Shown in pieces: positions 25,458-37,800 of a stretch of DNA of 64,000 bases; position 1 is the stretch's first letter; every line of letters starts with the position of its first letter. The notes beneath the pieces were generated by a model that did not search any database, was not told where the DNA came from, and was given only the letters and a program-made list of their open reading frames with translations. The position numbers and the translations under genes are program-made. The stretch spans positions 4,030,001 to 4,094,000 of the forward strand of contig CATNEN010000003.1 of assembly GCA_950097015.1 (NCBI GenBank), read 5' to 3'. Source of the DNA: Macrostomum hystrix. Taxonomy: Eukaryota > Animalia > Platyhelminthes.

Positions 25458-27837
25458 AATCGATGCGGTTAACCACTACTGCGTCCTGGACAGCACGAAG
25501 GTCTTCTCCATGAACGCTGACACCGAACAGACTGAGACACTGTTGACCAGCCACGGAGATATGGAGCTCCACGTGCCGCGGCAGCGCTGCTTGTGGGACG
25601 TGAAGATCCACCGCATGACGGAGCCGCTGCAGCTGGTGCTGAGTCTGCGCCGAGGCCGACTGTGGCAGGAGGCAGCGAACGGGACCGGCTGCCCGTCGGA
25701 GCTGAGTGTGGCTCTGCAGGGTGAGCGGACTGTTGCACGACTGTGTCCTTCACCATTGAATGAGCAAATCAGTCACGCAAAGCAGATCCCTCCTCACTCC
25801 AGGATCTGGATTCCACCGAGAGTGGAGAGACGGCTCATCGTTACCGAAGGCCCCTCTGATTGTGCCAGTGTATGAAAGGTGAGCTCGATACTCTGAGTGT
25901 TTCTAGAATATCCAGTCGCACACGAGAGATTCGCGAGTCATTGAGAATGCACCGAACTGGCTGCAGCTCGCAGCAGCTCATCGTCAGGTTCTCGACCGGA
26001 GATCTCCAGCCTGAGGCGGTCTGCGGTCGCATCGAGCTGACCATCGGCGTCGCCAAGAAGGGATTCTGCGGCAGGAACATGCTGCTGTATCGACATCGCT
26101 GCCACTTTATCTCCGACGAGAAGCTGGAGCTGTCAGACCTGACTGGGACTGGAGCTGAACTCGCTGGCATCTCCGGCATTGAGCAGCTGCGAGACCTTCT
26201 GAGCGACAGTGAGAGCTGAGTCGCAGCCTGTTTGTTCTTTCCTTCTGTCAGTTGAAAAGCCACATAGTCGATTTGCGACGCGATCATTTTAGATGAGAAG
26301 CGGAGAGCAAAGCACCCGTACAAAGCCCCTCTGGACCTGAGGGGCTCCACCAGAGTGGGGATTTTCCGCTGCACTGGCTCTAACTGGACATTTTACCTGA
26401 ACTCCAGCAGCGATGGATGTGCGGCGGCGCCGTTCGTTCAGGAAGGACAGGTAGGCCAACAGAACTCCAGGTCTGTGAATATAGCACCGAGAGTCGCATT
26501 GCTGAGAAAGGGGAACTACCCCTTCCGCTTCTTATACCTGCAATTCGAGGAGAAATTCCAGAAGATTCCAGGACATACCACTTTACAAGAGAAAGTGTAG
26601 AGAGGGTACAGATAGGTTTGCTTAATCAGGTGCTCCGTTTTTTAGTTTTTTCCACGTTAAAATGATCCTTAGTGAGATGTACAGTTCAGGTTTGTACTTT
26701 AATACTTATTGTGATGTCCTGCAATTCAAAAGCTTCATCAACAGTAGAACTCACAAGAGGGGATCGAGTTTCCCACAGAACGGAGCAACGCTAGCACGCG
26801 ACACTCTTAGAAATGTTTGTTGCGCGTCTTCTGAAACAAGAATCAAGTCACCAGTCCTTCAGACCGTCGAAATATTCAACGGTTCTGGCCCATGGTTGAA
26901 TTTTTCCAAAAGAGCTAGTGTATTCATACACCCTGTACATGAAATAGCTTTTCCAGCCTTCAAACTTTATCAGCACGTCACCCGAATGTGCCTGCATCAT
27001 CTCCGACTTTTGTTGGTCACCGACGACGACCTTTATCTTGACGGAGCTGCTGGGCCTTCAACAAGTAATAGTTGACTTTAGGCCAATCACCGAAAGTATA
27101 AAAATGCCACAGCCAGCTGCTGACGATACTGACGGCATCGGGCTGGTGACTGATTTATTGACAGTCTAGGCGAGAGTCCTGTGATTGAGCTTCGTCCCAT
27201 ATTGAGGCCTGATCATCGAGATGGGAGAAATTTGCATCAGGGTGTCCATATTCGGCTGGTGCCACTTGTTGAATAACCTTGGTCCCCTTGGTACAAAAAC
27301 GGGCGGTGAAATGGCTTGTAGTCCTACTGTTAAAATTACTTTTTCATCCATTCCATTTACAGAGAAAAGTCTACTGAGTTTATGTGCGCATCTATGAAGA
27401 TAATTTCTGATAGCATTCATGAGCTGATGTTCTTAAACTGCAGCAGTTCAGCCAGATGTCTGCTCGGCTTTGACGAGACTCCCACGCCCACACGGAGCGC
27501 CGCTATCGATGGCGAAAGTTCCAGGTGCAATGAAGCGCTTCAGGCAGCCTGTCGGTTTGAGAAATCAGCTGATCAGATCACTACCTGTGCAGAAAGTTTG
27601 CTCAGTAATCAGGGCAGTAAAGTATTTCAAATGGTACTTATAATACCCCCATTTTTAATTGTTATTTTTTTGTTGCGAACGAAGCAATGCTTAGCAGAAA
27701 TGTGTAAGAGACAAGGACCTGCGCAATCGGATCAAAATTATTCTACTAAAAATGTGGTAGCTATGCACCAGGTAGCTATGCGGCACAGGTGTGCTCATGA
27801 TGAGGCCCAAGCCTTTGATACTAAACCATTGAGTTAA
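25458..27837 (+). CDS. Paralogue 3 (last exon type A, long tail); first exon not resolved
   Basis: Exons 25458-25720, 25803-25878, 25967-26208, 26293-26470, 27363-27837; all GT-AG and open. TM VFQMVLIIPPFLIVIFLL followed by a tail of about 53 aa. Confidence 0.75.
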
Positions 27838-28289
27838 CTTATTATTTATTTTGACACATTTGTTTTGGAATTAATGACTTGTCGAACGCAATAAATTTCT
27901 AAAGCGAATATACAATTCACTTACGCTGTCTGCTTTACTTGAGTAAACAACCGATTTTAAATACCCTATGCACAACAAGGCAAAATACATTTTACCTCTA
28001 ATGCTTAAACAAGCATCACAAGATGTAACAATAGAGTTGCACTTTTCAGTTCTGACACTGCTTCTAATTGTGTAAGATTTGGTAATTGTGTGAAATAATG
28101 AGTGAGTTTTTCCGATAAAAATTGAGGTTGGGTGTGGCGTCCCCCCAGTCCATGGACTGAACAGCCGTACGCAGTTTTTAGATGCGCAGCTGCAGCTGTG
28201 CTGTAAGCTGCACATCTGGCCCGATAGGGCATGTGCAATCTGCAATCTATTATTAAAATGATAATAACGGAAAACTATACATTACAGAG

Positions 28290-28545
28290 GCTTTAGGCAC
28301 CATTTGGCGACAGTCGACCCGCAGCCCATTAGGAGGCATTCTGTCCATTCTGTTGACCCTTGAGCACACGCACTCACACAGGTGTGTACCGCCCAGAATT
28401 TCTCATCGTCAGGCACTGTACAGTTTCAGCATGCTTAACTATGGGGGTGCACCCTAAACTAATGCGGGCCTCGCCGCGGACTCGAGCTCAGGGACCCCGG
28501 TGTGCGATGCGAGAGACAGCGGCCTTACGCAGTTGCCACTCACCT
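28290..28545 (-). mobile_element. tRNA-derived SINE, family 1 (diverged copy)
   Basis: Shares GACCCGCAGCC, GAGGCA.TTCTG, CTCATCGTCAGGCA and CCTCGCCG...CTCAGGGACC with the 12.9 kb and 14.5 kb copies. Confidence 0.7.
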
Positions 28546-29951
28546 TCGATCTCGAACTAAAAGTATCCTCAAACACTTGTACATGAATCCTTCATACCAC
28601 GTGAATTTTTTTTAATAAATTACTTTTGCATGTTACATAGACAACAAGCTTTGTTGGGTATATGCTTGAGGAGCTATGATTGGCTGGAGTGATTTCTTGT
28701 CTGCCCCACCCAACCCAAATCAAGATATTAGACACCAAATCCAATTGAACCTGTCGATGCATAAGCCCGATGTGCAATTCATAATATTGTTGCAGCAGCT
28801 CACTACATGGACAGGGTATGGACATAGACCCTCATCTAATACTGCTACAAATGTGGCAGACATTGTGATTAGCAACTTCATTTGCACTTTAAAATAGTCA
28901 TCCAATTTATATGAAATACGCCGAAATAAATTTTCCGGCATTGTAAGCATTTTAACAAAATCTATAAAAAGAGTTCTACAGTTTATTGAAAAAATAATGC
29001 TTAACAAGTGCAAGGAATGTTGGAACTTAATAAAGATTTATGAAACTTTTTTCTCCCCTCCCTGATGGTGCCTACCCCACCCCGTCTCAATGTACGGCAA
29101 AAAAACTGCACTGCGCGGACTTCATCTAGGTAGGAAGTAAAAACACAATCTCGAACTTCACGATCCAATAGTTCAACCAGCATGATTCTGGTTCAGTTGG
29201 GCGTTCAGTCGGCCTGTTCTGCAATGCTGCTGTGTACTTCAATTTTCCATGCAGTCATCATTGTGAAGTGAGGCACTTTTCGGCTTTGATATTGCATTGC
29301 ATGCACGAATAATTACGAAGGAACGTGGATATTTTTAATTTTCGATTCGACTAGGCTGTACGCCAGGTAACGACAATGTGAACAAACATTAAACAGACTG
29401 CTGTTCTTACAGAGAGCATGCGTACAGCGAAGCGTATGCATGCTGTCTCGAAGACCAAACATTGACTTCTATGCTAAGCGATAAGTAACTATGCATGTAC
29501 GTCTTTCACAGGAAGATCGCAAAGACTTTCATGGCAGTACAGGCCAGGCGGAGGGGAGACCGATTTATCAGAGTACTCTCCCCAGAACGAGAAACTGTAC
29601 CCTCTAGCAGTGCAGCTCGCACAAGCGTGTACAGGGTGGTACAGAAAAGAAGAGGGGAAGGAATTTTAGCCTTCCTACTATATGGGCAGAGATAGATTTT
29701 AACACTGAAGTGGTAAAGAGCAGCATAAGTACAAACGAAACCTGAAAATCAACCCATGAAGCGAATTTTCCCATGTTAAAAATTAAAACAAAACATAAGG
29801 CAAGGGGCATTGTTAAATAACTTTGGGGTGCAGCACATTGCATTTAGGCCTTTTTTCAGCGTCTTTCTGACATTCTTTAGTGTCAGCACAATGTGTGAGA
29901 CGGTCCACTTTGCGAGCAGCAGCTCAGGATGCAGTAAACATTTATGCAATC

Positions 29952-30633
29952 AGTTAGAACAAATAATAAATACCTGAACTCCACATGTCTATTGTGTACC
30001 TGGGCACACACAGTCACGCTTTGTACAGAAATGATTGAGCCTAATCTACAGGTTTGAGCCTTTCATGGTTGAGCAATTGTTGTAATTTCCGTTGCGGTCG
30101 AGCGAACAGCAGACGGGTAGTCGGGGTTTGGGTACGGACTGTCCAGAGCTTGACGGGGAGGAGGGAAGGGAGCGGCGACCCTTGAGAGCAAGAGGATGAG
30201 TAATAGAGCAGGAAATTAATAAACTGTTTAACGCTTTCTGAGCGCTGTACGCTCAATTAGCTACTTAAAATGCTGTCTATCTGACAACGCTCTCGCTAGC
30301 TCTTGGCTGGGGGAGCGCGAGAGCACTGAGTTGGTGGGGCTAAGCCACGCAGGGCTGGGGGTTGGGGCCAAACTCTGAGGGCGAGAGAGCAAGAGAAGGG
30401 GGAGACTAGCCAATCAGAGGCCTCCGTGGCGATCGACTTGATTGGACTAGCCCCCCCCACAGCGAAGGCATCCAGCGGGGGCAGCCAATGGGCGAGCGAC
30501 AAAGCCGATAAAGAAGGGTGGAAGGGTGGGCTAAAACGGGGCCGGGCAGAACCGGATCGCCCAGCTGGCTAGCGTGGGAGGGCTAGGGAACGCTGGGGCG
30601 AAGCAAGTGCATTGTGAGTGGCAGCTCACAACA
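29952..30633 (-). mobile_element. Probable solo LTR
   Basis: Minus strand starts TGTTGTG; flanked by CAATC at 29947-29951 and 30634-30638; CCAAT boxes inside. The other terminus is imperfect. Confidence 0.45.
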
Positions 30634-30713
30634 CAATCAGGGTTGAGTAATCATGTTTGAGCGATTCAGGGTAATAAGTAAAGCAAATGTCACTGATTAC
30701 ACAACTAACTTCT

Positions 30714-31792
30714 CTAATACTTTGTGGCGTGTCCTTTCGACTTAACTACAGCATGGCACCGCTGTCCCCCAGATTCTGGCACACTTCTGGCAGGATGGCA
30801 GCCCACGAGTGCTAAATGATACGGAACAGCTGGTCAATGGAAGCTGGCTGCTGCCTCTGGTAGGTGGCTGCTGAGGATGTCACGGTACTGCTGACTGTCC
30901 ATGATGCCCCCAATGCGAGTTATTGGCCCAGGTCCAGCTCTGGATAACGCAGCCCACACCATGACACTGCCACCTCCATGGTTCATGGTACCAATGGTGC
31001 ACCTGGGATTGAATTCCTCATCAACTCGGTGGCACACAAAACGGCGGCGGCCAGAGCCGGTGCGGGAAATTTGCTCTCGTCACTCCAGATGACCTTGGTC
31101 CAGTCCCCTGGTGTCCAGCTGGCATGCTGCTTTGCCCAGTTCAAGCGACGTTTCCACTTTTTGTCGGAGATGAATGGCTTCTTCCTAGCAATGCGGCCAT
31201 GCAGTCCAGCAGCTACCAAGCGGCGGCGGACAGTCATAGGGTGCAGCTGGGCATTGCTGGATACGAGCAGTTAATGGCTGATGTCCACAGCAGTGAGCCG
31301 ACGGTTGGACTCGGACATTCGCACAATTCGTCGATCCAGTCGGAGGTCAGTTTTCGGTGCCCTGCCAGGTCTTGGGGCATAGCCTGTGCTGCCAGTGCTG
31401 ATGAGGCGCCTGAGTGCTTGCTGGAGGCAAGTTTTTGACTTTCCCAGCTGATTGGCCATGTCACGCTGATGAACTCCTTGGTCAAACAGGGTCTTGACTT
31501 TCCTACATGACTCAGGCGACAGAGGCGACAGAGCTCTGCCTTTACCCATTCTTGGAATTTCAAGATAATGTTTCCTTTGAGTGGTATTGAATTTGCTGCT
31601 TTGAACTTGGAGAATCAGCAGGGCCTGACGTACTGAATCGTGACTAATTACCCAAGACATCATTAGTTTAATTGTTCGATGTCATCGTTATCTATAACTG
31701 TTTAGATTAAGATGCTCCCGCAATTTGTGCAGGTTATAAAAAGAAAAAGTGAACTTTTTTGTTAGGTGGTCTTAATTTATTGTGCGCCACTG
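30714..31792 (-). mobile_element. Tc1-like DNA transposon, defective
   Basis: MGKG start, RPGRAPKT, TVRRRL..GLHGRIARKKP, VIWSDESKF, HGGGSVMVWA and C-terminal GHATKY; stops, frameshifts and an internal deletion. One TIR (TA-CAGTGGCGCACAATAAATTAAGACCACC on minus) ends at 31792. Confidence 0.9.
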
Positions 31793-32439
31793 TACATCTG
31801 AGCTTCCACTCCGCTAACTCAATTTTCTCTCTAGCTTTTTGATGTGCAGTCCACCCACCCCTCCGCTTTAGCCAATGTGAAGATATTGTCAATAAATCAG
31901 TGTGATAAGCCAGTCAGGCTGGTTAAGTTTGTTTTTGAAGCGCTCACAAAACAAGGTCATCAAAGCAATGCTGCCCAGAAAACGGAGAAGACTGGCCGTC
32001 CGGTACCTCTCTCCCTTGGATGCCCGTTTCCTTGGTGACAGGTCACAGAGTGTTTGCTGATCCCACCTTTCTGCCAACAACTCGGTACTTTACTTTGTTA
32101 AATATAATGGAAAGAAACTACCAGCCAGGCCACTCCTCACGCTCCCTCTCTCCCGCTCGCCCTGTGAGCAAGGCCAGGCCTGAGCCTCAACTGGGCTGCA
32201 AGCAAGAACGCAGCCCAGGACAGAATATCATGTGACTTTATGGTCTTCTAAGCTGACAGGCAGAAGGAAACGACGAAACGTTAATTGTTTCATTTTGTCG
32301 GTTTAAGATCTGGAGCTTCTTCATCATAAAGGTTACATTTTTCGCCTAGAAGAACGTAAATCACTTCATACTTTAATTGCCAACAGATTGGCTGCAATTG
32401 CCGGGCCAAAGTTGAAAATGGCCTAGTGGCATCAACGAC

Positions 32440-34301
32440 AGGCTTGCATGAGCATCCTATTAAGCGCTATTAAGCTATTAAGCGCAAGAACTTTGCGGAA
32501 GAAATGAAGCAACAAGCCAGAGAACCCGCTCTTCCCATCAAGCGGCTCTATCGTGAAAATATTGCAGCAAGTGCTGCAGAGGGAGCCGAATTGGGCACTC
32601 TGACAACATTCGCGAGCGTTAAGACAGCTGCTTACAACGCTCGACTCTCGGTGATCCCCCCATTGCCTCCCAAAGCTCAAGCCTACAAAGTTGAGGCAGA
32701 AGTTTTGAACAAGTTCACGGTATTGGACTCCCGCGCAATAAATCCAGCAGGGAGTCGAATTGTCGGCTTCTCAATGGACGCACTGATCGCTCGACTTGGC
32801 GAATGAGAACGAATTCAGATTGCCGGACCTTCAGTTTCTGCCCTATTATCATCCATGGCAAAGTACTGAATGCATGGGAGCCACTTGTATTTTTCTTGCT
32901 CCCAGCAAAGGACCAGAGGACTTATGAGGCCTGCTGGGACCTGGTACACACAGAGACTCGAAGAGTCGTCGGTCAAGATTGCCAGGCAACTAAAATTATC
33001 TCGGATTTTGAAGTTGGCAGCATGAACGGCGTGATCAGCAGATGGCCACGCTTCCCTGCTCCTACGCTGTGAGGTTGCTTTTGTTCACTTTTGCCAGTGC
33101 ATTCTGCGGAAAGTAGCGTCACTTGGCTGGAAAGTAGCTTATGAGAACGAACCGGAGGTGAAAAAAACGGTGCGGCGCCTGATGGCTCTGCTTTTGATGC
33201 CAATAGCTCACCTGGATGAAGCTTTTCAGCTCATCCTTGGAGACATGCCTGATCAAGCTCATCCGAATCATGCGGCAGTTTTTTGCGCTGAAGGACTACA
33301 TGACGACAACATGGATTGACATGCCCGCCATTTTCCAACCACCGTTGTGGAATCACTAGGGTGAAGATGATGACCGGACTATCAATGCCTCCGAGGGTCG
33401 TCACCATGCAATCAATCCAATCGCCGGCAATCATCGACTTAATATTCATTCATTTTTGCGAGAAGCTAACAAGGAACTTCAAAGCTTCAAGGAACATCCG
33501 GAAACGTGCCCTTGGCAATGCCATAGGTCGGCAGAGCGCCAAGCCTCCGAGGGGAGTTCGAGAATGGGCAAAGAGCGCTGGCGCACTTCCTGGATGCCTG
33601 TGGATATCAGGTGCAGCTTCTTGGATGACAATTGTCATCCCCCAAACCGGCAGAACCGATGATCCAAAATCTGTCACTAATACAATATACTTGCAGATGT
33701 TAAAGGACAGTGGGTTAAGTACATACATGTCATGCTGAATATGCTGTGGCAAAACTCTTTAAGCAAATCTGCTTCGATTTTGTGTTTATGTTTGTTTCTG
33801 CTTCCATGTTGGCGACTTGCACGTTTTGCGTATTATTGGCGCGTTGTGGACTTGACGTGGTGCGTTTTGAAAATCATTCTGAATGACTGTGCTTTGTTAT
33901 TTTACTTATGTTTACCGTTTTGTATTTTAATAATCCGTTAAATATTTTGCGATTCCGTTTTTAATAATAAAACTTGTTTGTCACTAAGTTCATTTTGTAT
34001 TTGACTGGTGTGCTTTGCGTTCTACATATTAGTCAATACCATTCGTACATATCGTCAATACACCAATTGACGAAACTAGAACAACCGCTTCAAACAACGT
34101 TTAGCTACTGTATATGGAAATTATTCCTGATTAACTAAGTGCTAATGTCTTCAAAAAGTTCAAAAAGTTCCAGAGCAGCGATTAAGAATTTCGGCGAATC
34201 AGGAATTTCGGCGAATCGGGATTCGGCGAGCCGGGAATCGGCGAATCGGGATTCGGCGAGCTGGGAATCGGCAAATCGGTATTTGGCGAATCGGGGGTCA
34301 A
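32440..34301 (+). mobile_element. Mutator/MULE transposon relic
   Basis: Fragmented frames give AAYNARLSVIPPLP, PLVFFLLPAKDQRTY, IISDFE, GC..HFCQCILRK, VRRLMAL and RTINASEG.H. (TTCGGCGAATC)n subterminal repeats at 34187-34295 end in GGGGTCAACC. Confidence 0.75.
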
Positions 34302-34822
34302 CCAGCTTTTTGATGTGCAGTGGCATCGTCCACCCACCCCTCCGCTTTAGCCAATGTGAAATTATTGTCAAACAATTAGTGCGATAAGCCAGACAGGCTG
34401 GTAAAGTGTGTTTTGTCGGTTTGAGATCTCTAGAGCTCACTTTTGAGCACCAATAAATTGACTAGCCGTCGATCTTTTCGTTGTTGCTACTGTACAACCG
34501 TGATCACAGTACCTGACCGGCGGTCTTCTCACTCGCATTGGAATCAATCTGCTCTCGATGATCCCTGCGAACCGTCAGATCTTAGCCTCGGTGATCCAGA
34601 ACACGTCTCAGCGGCCCCTGCTGAGCAGTTCCTTCACCACCGACTCGCTTCGTAGTCAGGGCCTCTTTCAGAAAGTTCCCACAACTCCCAGAGGATTCTC
34701 GAAGTCTGCCTCTGACTTGTGCACTCCGCGTGAATTAGCTGAATATAAAATACAAGTCCAACGTTGTCAAAGTGTCACGAAAATCACACTAACAAAATAA
34801 ATTGAAAACTATTGTGAACAAG

Positions 34823-37800
34823 GATCGAGGCTGCGAACCACTACTGCATCCACGACAGCATGAAGGCCTTCTCCATGAACGCTGACACGGAACAGGCTGA
34901 GACACTGTTGACCAGCCACGGAGATATGGAGCTCCACGTGCCGCGGCAGCGCTGCTTGTGGGATGTGAAGATCCACCGCATGACGGAGCCGCTGCAGCTG
35001 GTGCTGAGCCTGCGCCGAGGCCGACTGTGGCAGGAGGCAGCGAACGGGACCGGTTGCCCGTCGGAGCTGAGTGTGGCTCTGCAGGGTAAGCGGACTGTTG
35101 CAGGACTGTGTCCTTCACCATTGATTGAGCAAATCAGTCACGCAAAGCAGATCCCTCCTCACTCCAGGATCTGGATTCCACAGAGAGTGGAGAGACGGCT
35201 CATCGTTACCGAAGGCCCCTCTGATTGTGCCAGTGAATGAAAGGTGAGCTCGATACTCTGAGTGTTTCTAGAATATCCAGTCGCACACGAGAGATTCGCG
35301 AGTCATTGAGAATGCACCGAACTGGCTGCAGCTCGCAGCAGCTCATCGTCAGGTTCTCGACCGGAGATCTCCAGCCTGAGGCGGTCTGCGGTCGCATCGA
35401 ACTGACCATCGGCGTCGCCAAGAAGGGATTCTGCGGCAGGAACATGCTGCTGCATCGACGTCGCTGCCACTTTATCTCCGACGAGAAGCTGGAGCTGTCA
35501 GACCTGACTGGGACTGGAGCAGAGCTCGCTAGCATCTCCGGCATTGAGCAGCTGCGAGACCTTCTGAGCGACAGTGAGAGCTGAGTCGCAGCCTGTTTGT
35601 TCTTTCCTTCTGTCAGTTAAAAAGCCACATAGTCGATATGCGACGCGATCATTTTAGATGAAAAGCGGAGAGCAAAGTACCCGCCCAAAGCCCCTCTGGA
35701 CCTGACGGGCTCTACCAGAGTGGGGATTTTCCGCTGCACTGGCTCTAACTGGACATTTTACCTGAACTCCAGCAGCGAAGGGTGTGCGGCGGCGCCATTT
35801 GGTTTAACAAAAAATGTCACAATTTTGGAGAACAGGTCTGTGTAAAGTTTGATGTTCAGTGATATTTTTTTCAAATCGATGGGCACTGCAGCAATAACAG
35901 TAGAATAGTATCATGACGAACTTCTACTTAAAACGGAGTTAAAGTTTGTGCTGCAACAGCGTGTGATTGCTATGTCAATTAGAGCTTTTCGACTGTGCTA
36001 ATTATTTGAAAAATTTCTGCCTACTTAGACATTGGTAAGTTGAAAGCAATCGTGGTAATGCGTGCTGCGTTTTCGATTACACTGAACTGTAGTCACTGCA
36101 CTGGAGTCACTGCACTGAAGTCACTGCACTGTAGTAACTGCACTGTAGTCACTGCACTGGAGTCACTGCACTGGAGTCACTGCACTGGAGTCACTGCACT
36201 GGAGTCACTGCACTGGAGTCACTGCACTGTAGTCACTGCACTGTAGTAACTGCACTGTAGTCACTGCACTGGAGTCACTGCACTGTAGTCACTGCACTGG
36301 AGTCACTGCACTGTAGTAACTGCACTGTAGTCACTGCACTGTAGTAACTGCACTGGAGTCACTGCACTGTAGTAACTGCACTGTAGTAACTGCACTGTAG
36401 TCACTGCACTGTAGTCACTGCACTGGAGTCAGGACGGGGAAGCTTCTAGGCCACATCTGCTCTGGATTATAAAATATTGGCTATATAAAAAATTCCAGCC
36501 GTCTCTCAGGCCACACGCACCTTCGCCAGATTATTGAATACACACCCCGACCAGATACGAGGTAAATGGGTATCGCCCTTTCTTTCAAGTCATTCAATAA
36601 AGTCTCAATGTCTCCTTTTAAGTTCCTGTAAGCTGAAAAACCCTAAGTCATGTCATGTTAACTGACCAACAACGTTAAGGGCCAGTGCCAACAACAGCGG
36701 TCTATTTATTAGGGACAGACTTGTCTATGGAAGTACTTATGCCTCGGTGGTGAGTAAACATTGTAGTACGATAAAAAGCGGTCTTTCGCGTCCCTGGGAT
36801 TTCCCTAGGGTAATCCAAAAAATTGGTTAAACTCAAATTGTCTATAGTCGTTAAGCTATAATATTGAAAACAGAGTTGTATTTAGAACAACTAACGGGTG
36901 TCCCAAAAAAGGGTAACACTTTGTGCGCTCACTGTGAGTGAGCAGTTAGGCCTATAGCCCAGTAATTTAACAGGTCTACAGTAAACATATGTAAGTTTTT
37001 CCCACAAAAATTTGGTTACGAAAAATTGCTCTAGAGGCGAGTTATTGAGCACAGAAGTGTACGCTAGCTTTTCTGCCAAGCTTTGCCTACACAGCTGCCA
37101 TAGACAATATTTTGCTTAAAAAATCTTAAGGAGCATGGACAACGAACTTGGCCGGAATCGAAGCGGTGCCGGGTCGAGTCCGCAGCCAGATCGAGTCGCC
37201 CACCTGCTCGGTCATGGTCAGCGGATGGCGGAGGCGGCGGCCCCACATGAGCTGGTCCGGAGAGTCCGAGCGGTTCCCGCTGGGCCTGCTGGTGCGAATA
37301 GTCAGGAGAAGCTTCTGCAGAAATTGGTCGAATGGCACCACCTTGGTCCACGTCTTCAACCCGCCTTTCAGACTTCTCACCAGCCGCTCAGCCTGTCCGT
37401 TAGACTGCGGATAATAGGGCGGGGTGTGTACCTCCTGGCACCCGACGCTGCTCAACCACTGCGACACTCTCTCCGACTTGAACTCCGGAGCATTGTCCGA
37501 CACCAGCGTCCGCGGCACTCCGTTCCGGGCGAACACCGCCCTCAGCACCCGCAGCACCGAACCCGCAGACCTGTCAGGAACCTGAATCGCTTCCGGCCAG
37601 CCCGAGTACGCATCAGACATTAGCAGCAGCAGACCCACCCCGGGCACCTCGCAGCGGTCCATGTGCACTCGGGACCATGGTTCACTCTCTGGTGGCCAAC
37701 AGTCCATCTTCCTCTGAGCAACTGGCCGCCTCTCTGAGCACAGCTGGCACCGCTCAACAAACTGACGCACCTCGCGGTCCAATCTAGGCCACCAGAACTC

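Noticed and set aside
33732-33830. Signal-peptide exon for paralogue 4 (MLNMLWQNSLSKSASILCLCLFLLPCW)
   Set aside because: Hydrophobic and suggestive, but it lies within the MULE relic and has only weak phase-2 donors; left unresolved.
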